Below, in pieces: positions 28,975-38,882 of a stretch of DNA of 64,000 bases. The stretch comes from Candidatus Latescibacterota bacterium (GTDB lineage: Bacteria > Latescibacterota > UBA2968 > UBA8231): the NCBI GenBank assembly GCA_965197905.1, contig CBDAOB010000004.1:1920001-1984000 (forward strand), given 5' to 3'. The notes beneath the pieces are model-generated. The model searched no databases, was not told where the DNA came from, and saw only the letters and a list, made by a program, of their open reading frames with translations. The position numbers and the translations under genes were made by a program. The stretch's first letter is position 1. Every line of letters begins with the position of its first letter.

Positions 28975-30515
28975 ATGTCAAGGTTTCGATCTATTCGTCT
29001 CAAGATTGTTGCGCCACTGGCGTTGTTCATCCTCGTCGTGGCGATCTTCAATTCAATCTATTTTCCTTCCAAGGAAGCTGATCGAATCAACGCCATATTT
29101 CAACAGCGTCTCGAGATATCTCTGGCGACATTGGTGTTGGGTACGAGCATTTCGATAAGCTCCGGAAATCTCGAAGGTGCCGAAGCTACCGTGAACCTGC
29201 TCAAGGAAGATGAGCATCTGACCTTTCTCATGGTGCTGGATGATGAGGGGAGCGAGCTGATTCACCACGGCACGTTAGACAGCAAGTATTTTGACGAAAG
29301 TGCTTTGCGAGAACTGCCCGTGGCCGAATTCCAGGAAGTCGGTCCGTACCTCGTCCTCAAAGACAAGATCCAGTTCGACGATGAGTATCTGGGTTCGGCT
29401 ATTATCGGCCTGAACACAGCAGATCGGGAGCGGGAGATCCGCAGCAGCGTAATCCTGACCGTTCTCTTGAGCCTGGTTTTCGCGCTGGTCGGTATCGGGT
29501 TTATCTCCTACGTCACCGGAAGGGTCATCCTGGTCTCACTGGCGAAGTCCGTGCACGTGGCAGAGCAAGTAGCCACGGGGGACTTGAGTGTAGAGATCGA
29601 GACCAGTGGTAACGACGAGGTGGGTCAATTGCTTTCTGCTTTCCGAACGATGACGAGCGGTCTGCGTTCCCTTATCGGCCAGACCCAGCGCTCAGGGATA
29701 CAGATCACATCTTCGGTAACACAGATCGCGGCATCGGGGAAACAATTGGAAGCGACGGTGAACGAGCAAGCGGCGTCCACCAATGAGGTAGTCGCAACGG
29801 CCAAGGAGATTTCGGCCACCTCACAAGAGTTGGTGCGCACGATGGGTGAAGTGTCGGCCATGTCGGAGGAGACCGTAGTCGCCGCCGACAGTGGCCAGCA
29901 GGGGCTGGGCCGTATGGAATCGACCATGCATCAAATGGAAGAAGCCACCCAATCCATTTCCTCCAAACTAGCCATCATCAACGAGAAAGCCGCGAACATT
30001 AACTCCGTTGTTACGACTATCACCAAGGTTGCCGATCAAACGAATCTGTTGTCGCTGAATGCGGCCATAGAAGCCGAGAAAGCAGGCGAGTACGGGGTCG
30101 GGTTTTCGGTGGTGGCACGGGAGATCCGCAGGCTGGCCGATCAGACTGCGGTAGCGACATTGGACATCGAGCAAACGGTCAAGGAGATGCGTTCGGCGGT
30201 ATCCGCGGGGGTGATGAGCATGGACAACTTTTCCGAAGAGGTGCGCCAGGGGGCAGACGAGATTCGCCGTGTCGGATCCCAACTCACGCAGATCATCGAA
30301 CGGGTGCAAGCCCTGCCGCCCCGTTTTCAGACGGTGGAAGAAGGCATGGAAGCTCAGTCTCAAGGGCGCAACAAATCAGCGAGTCGATGGTACAATTGAA
30401 TGAAGCGGCGCAGCAAACTGTTGACTCGCTGCGCGAAACAAACCGGGCATTGGAAAACCTGGGACGGGCATCGCAAGATCTGCAAGGCGAAATTTCCCAC
30501 TTCAAGATCGACTAG
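28975..30515 (+). pseudogene. Methyl-accepting chemotaxis protein (WspA-like), frameshifted near 30365
   Basis: Two TMs, [40 protein letters not shown]; adding one G at 30364-30366 restores [15 protein letters not shown]...FKID*. Confidence 0.85.
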
Positions 30516-30534
30516 GAACTGCGAGCGCGCTGTC

Positions 30535-31767
30535 ATGCAATTGCTCAGCTCCATCGAAGGACTGCTAAAATCCAGGTTGGGTCTCGACCCCCAAGTCCTG
30601 GGACGAAACGTACTGGCCGGAGCCGTTCAGGATCGCATAAAAATCACGTCGTGCCAAAGCATGGAGGTGTACGCTGGTGACCTTGCAACCTCCGCCGCCG
30701 AGTTGGAGGCGCTGGCGGGAAAGCTCCTCGTTCACGAGACGTGGTTCTTTCGCGATCGAGTGCCCTTCGATTACCTGTCTCGGTTCGTCCGCACCGCGCC
30801 CACCAAAGTTGACGGTAGGAAGCTGCGCATTCTGAGCGCGGCCTGCGCCACGGGCGAAGAGCCCTATTCCATCGCCGTAATCCTGCTCGAAACGGGTCTG
30901 AGCCCCGAATCCTTCCAGATCGATGCCCTCGACCTGAACAGAGAAGCGCTACACAAGGCCGAAGCGGCACAGTACTCCGAAAACTCGTTTCGATTCAGCA
31001 CCGATTCTTTCAAAACGTGTTATTTCCACCATGTCGACGGCAGCTACGCACTGACGCCGTCGGTGCGGAAGCTGGTCAATCTGGAACAGGGGAATCTGCT
31101 CGAAACCACCTGGGCCGCAGGAAAAGGCGCCTATGACATCGTCTTCTGCAGGAACCTGCTCATCTATTTGGACGAGAATTCCAGAAATTCGCTCCTTCGA
31201 AATGTAGAGGCGGTCTTGCATCCGGAAGGCCTTCTCTTCGTCGGCGCCGCTGAGGCGGGACAGATGCCCGGAGACCGCTTCGTGCCGGTTAGGCACCCAA
31301 AGTCCTTTGCGTTCCTGCGGAAAACAGCTGCCGGGCGTAAGAGAGCCACGACGGCGGTGAAGGTCCCGTCGCCGCGACAAATGGACATCCACGAATTCCC
31401 TCGTCGACCAACACCACCGCCGGCCGGGGACACCCGTTCCGCCGCGAGCGAACCACGCTCCGAATTGCCGGTGCCGGTATTGGACAGGGCGCGCTTGCTG
31501 GCCGATCGGGGCGACTTGACCGAAGCATCCAAACTCTGCGGTGCACACCTGGAAGAGAACCGCGACGACGCCGAAGGGCACGTGTTGTTGGGACTGATTC
31601 GCGTCGCGGCTGGGGAAGATAGGCAGGCGGAAGATTGTTTCGCCCGAGCGGTCTACCTGGAACCCGACCATCGCGAGGCGCTTGTCCATCTCGCTCTTTT
31701 GGTCGAACGTCGCGGTGATGAACACCGCGCGCAAGTCATCAAACGCCGGCTCGACCGCGTATCGTAG
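30535..31767 (+). CDS. wspC: CheR methyltransferase with C-terminal TPR (WspC-like)
   Basis: VHETWFFRD, ACATGEEPYSIA, IVFCRNLLIY; TPR tail AVYLEPDHREALVHLALL. Confidence 0.88.
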   Translation: MQLLSSIEGLLKSRLGLDPQVLGRNVLAGAVQDRIKITSCQSMEVYAGDLATSAAELEALAGKLLVHETWFFRDRVPFDYLSRFVRTAPTKVDGRKLRILSAACATGEEPYSIAVILLETGLSPESFQIDALDLNREALHKAEAAQYSENSFRFSTDSFKTCYFHHVDGSYALTPSVRKLVNLEQGNLLETTWAAGKGAYDIVFCRNLLIYLDENSRNSLLRNVEAVLHPEGLLFVGAAEAGQMPGDRFVPVRHPKSFAFLRKTAAGRKRATTAVKVPSPRQMDIHEFPRRPTPPPAGDTRSAASEPRSELPVPVLDRARLLADRGDLTEASKLCGAHLEENRDDAEGHVLLGLIRVAAGEDRQAEDCFARAVYLEPDHREALVHLALLVERRGDEHRAQVIKRRLDRVS

Positions 31768-31784
31768 ATCGAGATCAGGCTGCC

Positions 31785-32785
31785 GTGCGAATAGCGATTG
31801 TAAACGATTCGAAACTCGCGATTGAGGCGCTGAGGAGAATTCTGTTCTATGTGCCCGAACACGAGCTGGCCTGGGAAGCGTCCGACGGTGCGGAGGCGGT
31901 GGAGAAGTGTGGGAACGATACACCGGATTTGATATTGATGGATCTGATCATGCCGGCGATGGATGGCGCGGAAGCTACTCGTCAGATCATGGAGGTCAGT
32001 CCGTGCGCCATTCTGATCGTCACCGCTTCGGTAGGTGGAAATGCGGCAAAGGTGTTCCAGGCGATGGGCAACGGTGCGCTGGATGCCATCGACACTCCGG
32101 TTGGGGAACCCGGTGGCGAAGGCGGCGACAGCCTGTTAGCCAAAATTGCCACCATCGGCAAGCTGCTGGGGGACGGGGTGCACCATCGGGGTGAGGTGGC
32201 GGTTCGCCCGCGGACCAAAGCGGCGGTGCCTCCTCTGGTAGTGATCGGTGCTTCCACGGGTGGACCGATGGCGTTGGCGGCCATTCTCTCCAGTTTGCCG
32301 GAGGATTTCGTGGGCGCGATAGTAATCGTCCAACATGTGGACGTCCAGTTCTCCGCCGGCTTGAGCTCCTGGCTGGATACGCAGTCCCGTTTGCCCGTCG
32401 CACTTGCCGAGAAGGGAACCCTGCTTCGAGGCGGTCGTGTGTGGGTAGCCGGTACGAACAATCACATTATAATGACGCCCAATATGGAGCTTCGATACGA
32501 TTCCAGGGTAAGCGCCACTCCGTACCACCCATCTATCGACATCTTTTTCGACAGCGTGGCCGAACACTGGCCTGAAAAAGGCACGGCGGTGCTGCTGACA
32601 GGTATGGGTCGCGACGGCGCCAATGGTCTTAAAAGCTGCGGGACAAGGGTTGGCATACCATTGCCCAGGATGAAAAAACCAGCGTGGTCTACGGCATGCC
32701 GAAGGAAGCCGCTCAGCTCGGCGCCGCAGCCGAGGTACTACCCATCGACAAGATCGGCCTGGCCTTAAAGCGGTCAATGCTTTGA
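31785..32785 (+). pseudogene. wspF: CheB methylesterase with REC domain (WspF-like), frameshifted at 32631-32634
   Basis: MRIAIVND, LMD, GASTGGP, VQHV, LTGMGRDGA; adding one A restores [21 protein letters not shown]...SML*. Confidence 0.85.
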
Positions 32786-32838
32786 AACCATCCCCTTCGC
32801 AAACCCGCTAGATTGGTTACCGTCCCCATCGAATCGCC

Positions 32839-33318
32839 ATGCTGCTACTGATCGTCAAGCTGGGACCTGAAAGATACGCCATCGAGACCAACCAGGTTGC
32901 GGAGGTGATCCCCCGGGTCCGTATGCGCGAGGTGCCTCACGCTCCCGATTTCGTCGTTGGACTCTTCGTATTTCGGGGTGCCGTCGTTCCCGTCATCGAC
33001 CTGCGGAAGCTGATGTGGGGAATGGAATGTGAGCTTTTTCTCAACACGCGCATCGTTCTGGTCCGCCTCGATGACGATAGACTGCTAGGACTCATGGCGG
33101 AGGATGTGACCGACACGAAGCAGTCCACGGAACTGACCAATGTGGAAACCGGCATCGAAGTAGAGAAGGCGCCGTACCTTTCAACCATGGGGGTCGGGGA
33201 AGGGGTAGGCATGGTTCAGCTCATCGACATCTACAAGCTGCTCGATCAAAAAGCGCGGGAGCTGTTGTATTCAAGCGTAGACGAGCTCGAGGGCGATCTG
33301 CAGGCGGGACAATCGTAA
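32839..33318 (+). CDS. wspB: CheW adaptor (WspB-like)
   Basis: ERYAI...V.EVIP, FRGAVVPVIDL, TRIVLV, LLGLMAE.VTD, APYL. Confidence 0.85.
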   Translation: MLLLIVKLGPERYAIETNQVAEVIPRVRMREVPHAPDFVVGLFVFRGAVVPVIDLRKLMWGMECELFLNTRIVLVRLDDDRLLGLMAEDVTDTKQSTELTNVETGIEVEKAPYLSTMGVGEGVGMVQLIDIYKLLDQKARELLYSSVDELEGDLQAGQS

Positions 33319-33321
33319 TCC

Positions 33322-33993
33322 ATGTCGTCCGAGACCGTTCACAATTTCTGCTGGAACAGAATCGGCGTCTGGGGAGACGTCAGCTGCCCCGAACTCGACT
33401 CGGTTTCCCACTGCCACAACTGTCAGATCCACGCGGCGGCCGGGCGCAGCTTGTTGGAACGGCCGGGATCAGACGAGTACCTCGACGAGTGGACGCGGAT
33501 TATTGCGCGGCGCGAACAAGCGCAGAACGCGGAAAACGTTTCGGTCGTGCTCTTCCGCATGGGAGGCGAGTGGCTGGCGCTACCCACGGCGGTGTTCAGC
33601 GAGGTGATAGAAGACCGCGCTATTCACAGCATGCCCCACCGCTCGAGTCGCGTGTTCCTGGGCTTGGTCAACATTCGCGGAGAGATCCAACTGTGTTTCT
33701 CCCTGGCAGCGATCCTCGGTCTTTCGTCTACGGCCGAGAGTGATTCGGTGCAAAGCCACATCGTCTACAAGCGGATGATCGTCGTTCGTCAAGAGCGCAA
33801 CAGCTGGGTGTTTCCCGTGGACGAGGTCTACGGCGTCCATCACTTCGACAACGAGGAACTGGACGAGTCTCCCGTCACGGTTTCGAAGACCGATGTCACC
33901 TTTACCACCGGACTGCTGGCCTGGAACGATCGCAGCGTCGGACTACTCGACGTCGAGCTGTTGTTCAACGCCCTGAAGAGGAGTGCTGTTTGA
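33322..33993 (+). CDS. wspD: CheW adaptor with Cys-rich N-terminus (WspD-like)
   Basis: CWNRIGVWGD.SCPEL....HCHNC characteristic of WspD; LVNIRGEI; FPVDEV. Confidence 0.88.
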   Translation: MSSETVHNFCWNRIGVWGDVSCPELDSVSHCHNCQIHAAAGRSLLERPGSDEYLDEWTRIIARREQAQNAENVSVVLFRMGGEWLALPTAVFSEVIEDRAIHSMPHRSSRVFLGLVNIRGEIQLCFSLAAILGLSSTAESDSVQSHIVYKRMIVVRQERNSWVFPVDEVYGVHHFDNEELDESPVTVSKTDVTFTTGLLAWNDRSVGLLDVELLFNALKRSAV

Positions 33994-35867
33994 GCGCCGG
34001 TGACTCCAATATAGGCGGTGTATCTCTGCTCGACCTCTTTCGGGCCGAAGTCGAGGAGCACACCGGCGTTCTCACCGACGCGCTGCTCGATTTGGAACGG
34101 GATCCCGACAAAGCGCAGGATGTCGAAGCGCTGATGCGTGCGGCGCATTCGGTAAAGGGCGCGGCGCGCATTGTTCAGATCGACGTCGCCGCCGATTTGT
34201 CGCACAAGATGGAGAATTTTTTCGTTGCCGTACAAGAGGGTCGATCGAACCTGACCTCAGAGCACGTGGACACCCTCCTCAAGGGGGTAGACCTGCTTCG
34301 CGTCATCGCTGAGGCGGCCGACGACATCGCCTCCTGGCAAGCGGCGAATCAGGAGGCAGCTACGGCCCTGCTCGCCTCCATCGAGGCGCTGGAATCGATG
34401 CCCATGACCGCCGCCCCTCCCTCGGCCTCGACGGCTACCCCCGACCCATCTCCAGCAGCGGGGGCGAGCGATCTCCTGGACCTGTTCGCCAATGAGATCC
34501 AAAGCCAGGCGGCGGTGCTCAGCGATAGCCTGCTGGCTCTAGAGCGAGATTTGGATTCCGCAGTGGACGTGGAAGGACTCATGCGCGCAGCACACTCCAT
34601 CAAGGGCGCGGCGAGAATCGTCCAGATCGATGTGGCGGCGGAATTGGCCCACGCCATGGAAGACTTCTTCGTTGGCATTCAGCAAGGAAGGGTTCGGGCC
34701 GGCACCGAAAGCGTGGATTTGCTGTTGTATGGCGTCGACGTGTTCGCCTCCCTTGCCACTTTGAGCGGACCGGAGTTTTCGCCCTGGCTGGAGAGTCACA
34801 AAGCGGGCATCGAGGATCTCATTCGGTCCATCACGACAGCGGGCACCAGCCAGGTAGATGGCAGCTCGACGACAACTACGGAACCGCCGCTTTTCGCCTC
34901 TTCCGAACCCAGCCCAGAAGCAGACGAGGACCGGTTGACCGGATCCGCACCGGCTCCGAGCTCGCTCGATGAGCAACGGGATCGAGTTGTCCGCGTTGCC
35001 TCGGAGAACCTGAACCGTCTCATGGGTCTGGTGGGAGAATCGGTGGTGGAAGCTCGGTGGCTGCAACCGTTTGCCGACTCGTTACAACGACTAAAGGGCG
35101 ATCAGTTCGAGGTCGCAACCCTCGTGGATCAGATCAAGGATTCTCTCGAACACTCCTGGTCGCCGGAGCACGCGACGATCCGGTTTCAGGAGCTGCGGGC
35201 GCAGCTGGACGAATGCCGCACCTACTTGGGCGACCGACTCAGCGACCTGGAGATCTACGCTAGGCGCTCGGAGAACCTGTCGGATCGCCTCTATCGCGAG
35301 GTTATAGCCAGCCGCATGCGACCCTTCGCCGACGGCGTCCAGGGGTTTCCCAGATTGGTGCGGGACATCTCCAGGTCGCTGGGCAAGTCCGTCCGACTCG
35401 AGATCGTCGGCAAAGGAACTGAGGTCGACCGGGACATACTGGACAGGCTCGAAGCTCCGCTGAACCACTTGCTGCGAAACTCGTTGGATCATGGCATCGA
35501 AACCGCGGAGGTTCGCAGGAGTGCGGGAAAACCAGAAGAGGGGACGATCCGCTTGGAGGCGCGGCATGCGGCCGGCATGCTGGCCATTTCGGTAGAGGAT
35601 GACGGTTGTGGTATCGACCCCCAAAGCCTGCGGCAAAACATCGTCGGCAAACAGCTGATAGACGCTGAGACCGCGTCGCAGCTGTCCGAAACGGAGCTGA
35701 TCGAGTTCCTGTTTCTGCCCGCGTTTAGTACCGCAGAAGAAGTCACAGAGATTTCCGGTCGCGGTGTCGGGCTGGACGTAGTAAAGAATATGGTGCAACA
35801 AGTGGGAGGGACCTTGCGCGCCGAGTCCCTGATCGAGGCAGTGGAGGATCTCATCGGCTCGGCGTAG
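33990..35867 (+). pseudogene. wspE: CheA-type kinase (WspE-like) with two Hpt domains, lacking CheW and REC domains
   Basis: Two LMRAAHS.KGAARIV motifs, HLLRNSLDHGIE, DDGCGID, ISGRGVGLDVV; then jumps directly to LIEAVEDLIGSA*. Confidence 0.8.
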
Positions 35868-36638
35868 TCAACCGGTCGCACCGGCTCGCACTGTTTCCAT
35901 GGCGCTTTGCACAAATTGCGCACCGGCTGCGAGCGCGTTTCCCACACTCACGTAGCGATATCCCCAGCTGACCTTTTCCTGGGCGTCTGCCGTTTCGCCG
36001 CAGGTGGTTCCCGGAACGACTCCGGAACCGGAGAGCATGCGGGGAACCTCTTTCATGATCTCCTGAACTTCCTTGGATTTGGTCTCACTGATCCTGCCAA
36101 CCGAAGCCGACAGGTCTAGCGGTCCGACGAAGAGGACGTCAACACCGGGAACCTTGCCCATTTCCTCCAGGTTGTCGAACGCCTGGCGGCTCTCTACCTG
36201 CAGGACGACGACGGTTTCCTCGTTCGCTGTTTTGATGACACGATTGAAATCCTCGCCGGCGATGCGGGACCACGACGGGGTCAAGCCACGTCCTCCTTCG
36301 GGAGGGTATTTAGCGTAGTCGACGGCGCGCGCAGCCTCTTCGGCCGAATCTACCTGTGGCACCATTACCGCCACCGCTCCCACGTCGTACGCCTTCTTGA
36401 TGAGGGCGGGATCGTTCCAAGCGACCCGGATCATCGGCGCAACTCCCTTGTTGCGTGCCAGTACCGGAATCACATCCAAGGCCTCCGTGCTGTACGGAGA
36501 ATGTTCGGTGTCGATCCACAGAAAATCGGGTTGGGTTTCGATAACGACCCCGGCGATGTGAGGGGTAAACCCTGGCAACACCGTCCCCACAACGAGATCC
36601 CCGGAGCGGATTTTCTTTTTCAACGGATTGGGGTACAT
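35868..36638 (-). CDS. HpcH/HpaI aldolase family protein
   Basis: WIDTEHS, VMVPQV, YPPEGGRG, LQVES, FVGPLDLS. Confidence 0.9.
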   Translation of the reverse strand: MYPNPLKKKIRSGDLVVGTVLPGFTPHIAGVVIETQPDFLWIDTEHSPYSTEALDVIPVLARNKGVAPMIRVAWNDPALIKKAYDVGAVAVMVPQVDSAEEAARAVDYAKYPPEGGRGLTPSWSRIAGEDFNRVIKTANEETVVVLQVESRQAFDNLEEMGKVPGVDVLFVGPLDLSASVGRISETKSKEVQEIMKEVPRMLSGSGVVPGTTCGETADAQEKVSWGYRYVSVGNALAAGAQFVQSAMETVRAGATG

Positions 36639-36665
36639 CGATTCCTCCTTATTGGTACGGCTTAA

Positions 36666-37469
36666 TTAGAGACGGTAGAAGATAGCCGTCCCCAGAACCA
36701 GGCGATAGATGGAGAACAGGTAGGTTCCGTGTCGCTGCAAGAACCGCAGCAGGAACCTAATGGCGGCATACCCACTGACGGCAGCGGCCACTATGCCCAC
36801 GCCCAAGTGAACGAAACCGTCGGTCGCCATTCCTTGTTCCGCCAGTTCGAACAACTGCAGCAGACCGCTGGCGCCGATGGCGGGAAGACCTAGAACGAAG
36901 GAGAACCGGCCTGCGTCTTCACGGCGCAAGCCTACAATCAATCCTCCCATGATAGTGGATCCCGAGCGCGAGCATCCGGGAATCAGCGCCAGCGCCTGGC
37001 AGAGTCCGATAAACTGGATTTGCCAGAAACCCAGTTCAGTCATGATTCGCGAGCGTTTGCCCCACAACTCCGCGGCGAAAAGGAACAACGCCAGAACGAT
37101 CAACGCCGCAGCGATCAGCTGCAGATCGCGAGCGTCGGATTCGATAAATTCCCGGAAGCCCAAGCCGCACGCGGCGATGGGCACAGTGCCGGGGAGTATA
37201 GACCAGGCCAGCCGCGCGTCGTCGGTATGCGCGAAGCTCCGATGACGCGCCGAAACCCATGCGGCCACGGTCAAACGTTTGATATCAGCGGCGAAATACA
37301 GGAAAACCGCCAACAGCGTACCCAGTTGAATGACCGCCGAAAATGCGGCACCCGGATCGGGCCAGCCAAGAAAGTGGGGAACGACGCGAAGGTGTGCAGT
37401 ACTGCTGATGGGAAGAAATTCGGTGAGGCCTTGCAAGACGCCAAGCAGCAGCGCTTGAACCCAGTTCAT
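36666..37469 (-). CDS. uppP: Undecaprenyl-diphosphate phosphatase
   Basis: QGLTEFLPISSTAHL, IQLGT, ALIPGCSRSGSTI. Confidence 0.96.
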   Translation of the reverse strand: MNWVQALLLGVLQGLTEFLPISSTAHLRVVPHFLGWPDPGAAFSAVIQLGTLLAVFLYFAADIKRLTVAAWVSARHRSFAHTDDARLAWSILPGTVPIAACGLGFREFIESDARDLQLIAAALIVLALFLFAAELWGKRSRIMTELGFWQIQFIGLCQALALIPGCSRSGSTIMGGLIVGLRREDAGRFSFVLGLPAIGASGLLQLFELAEQGMATDGFVHLGVGIVAAAVSGYAAIRFLLRFLQRHGTYLFSIYRLVLGTAIFYRL

Positions 37470-37497
37470 CGCGGTAAACTACGGGGCGTGGCATATC

Positions 37498-37526
37498 TTG
37501 ACAAGCGAACCTGCGCGGACTAGGGT
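37498..37526 (+). promoter_or_regulatory. Possible sigma70 promoter for ackA
   Basis: TTGACA-N17-TAGGGT. Confidence 0.4.
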
Positions 37527-37576
37527 TTTGGTCCGCTCGCGGCCCCGCAAGGTAACCTTGCCACACAAATCTCTTC

Positions 37577-38782
37577 ATGAAGATTCTAGTTTCCAATCTG
37601 GGCAGCACGTCGTTCAAATACAAACTGTTCGATATGCCATCCGGTACGGTGTTGGCACGCGGCGGCATGGACCGCATCGGCGATACCACCTCCAGGCATG
37701 TATATCAGATCGGCGCCGCTACCGAGGTGGAGCGAGAATGTGTGCTGGACAGCCACGAGCAGGCGATCGATGAAGCGCTGGAGCGTTTGGCCGAAGATGT
37801 CTCCGCCCTGCCGTCGTTGGACGAGTTGGGCGCGGTTGGTTTCAAAGCGGTTCACGCCCGCAGCATATCCGGGGTCGTTGCCCTCGACGACGACGTAATC
37901 GAACGCATGGTTAGTTATTATCCGCTGGCGCCCGCCCACAATCCCGCCTATGTCACCGCTATCCGTCGGTTCGGCAGGGTAGTGCCCGACGTGCCGTTGG
38001 TGGGTTGCTTCGAGACCGCCTTTCACGACACGATGCCGCTGCGGCGCCAGCTCTACGCGGTGCCGTACGACTGGTACGAACGTTACGGCATTCGCCGCTA
38101 CGGCTTCCACGGCGCCAGTCACCGCTACGCGGCCGAAAAGGTGGCCGAGCTCGAAAGCAGGCAGACCATTAGGCAGATCAACTGTCACCTCGGCGGGTCG
38201 TCGTCACTGTGTGCCATCAAGAACGGTGTCTCACACGGAGCTTCTCACGGATTGACGCCCCAGGGGGGCGTACCCCAGAACAATCGCATCGGGGATCTCG
38301 ATCCGTTTGCCATCGATCTGGTCATGCGTGCCGAGGGTCGCACCTTCGAGGAGGTTCTGAAGCAGTGCGGATCCCAGGCCGGCCTAGAGGGCCTGTGCGG
38401 ATTCAACGATATGCGCGATATCGAGGAGCGAGCGGCTGCTGGAAATGAGCGGTGTGTGCTGGCTATCGAGGTCTTTACGTCGGCGATCCGAGACTATCTC
38501 GGTGCCTATATCGTCGAGCTGGGGGGATTGGATGTCGTCAGCTTTACCGGCGGGATTGGCGAGCACTCGGCCACCGTACGCCAACAGGTTTTACACCGTC
38601 TGAACTTTCTGGGTGTGGAGATCGACGACGCGTTGAATCGCGAAGTGCGAGGCGAAGGGAGTCTGCACGCCGCAGGCAGCCAAGTTCACCTCTACGTTTT
38701 GCGCACCGACGAAGAGCTTGTAGTCGCGCGACAAACCTTTGAGTTTCTCGAGAGCGGCCGAACGACAGCGCAGCCCTCTTGA
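37577..38782 (+). CDS. ackA: Acetate/propionate kinase
   Basis: NLGSTSFKY, APAHNP, FETAFH, RRYGFHGASH, HLGG, FTGGIGE, TDEE. Confidence 0.93.
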   Translation: MKILVSNLGSTSFKYKLFDMPSGTVLARGGMDRIGDTTSRHVYQIGAATEVERECVLDSHEQAIDEALERLAEDVSALPSLDELGAVGFKAVHARSISGVVALDDDVIERMVSYYPLAPAHNPAYVTAIRRFGRVVPDVPLVGCFETAFHDTMPLRRQLYAVPYDWYERYGIRRYGFHGASHRYAAEKVAELESRQTIRQINCHLGGSSSLCAIKNGVSHGASHGLTPQGGVPQNNRIGDLDPFAIDLVMRAEGRTFEEVLKQCGSQAGLEGLCGFNDMRDIEERAAAGNERCVLAIEVFTSAIRDYLGAYIVELGGLDVVSFTGGIGEHSATVRQQVLHRLNFLGVEIDDALNREVRGEGSLHAAGSQVHLYVLRTDEELVVARQTFEFLESGRTTAQPS

Positions 38783-38808
38783 GCTCTGCCATCTCGACTC
38801 TTCCGTTG

Positions 38809-38837
38809 TTGACCTGTTTTGCCGCAACAATTACTAT
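38809..38837 (+). promoter_or_regulatory. Sigma70-like promoter
   Basis: TTGACC-N17-TACTAT; RBS AGGAG before ATG 38883. Confidence 0.65.
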
Positions 38838-38882
38838 CAAAAAAGATGGGATGAACATTATTACGTTTTCCAGGAGTGCAAG

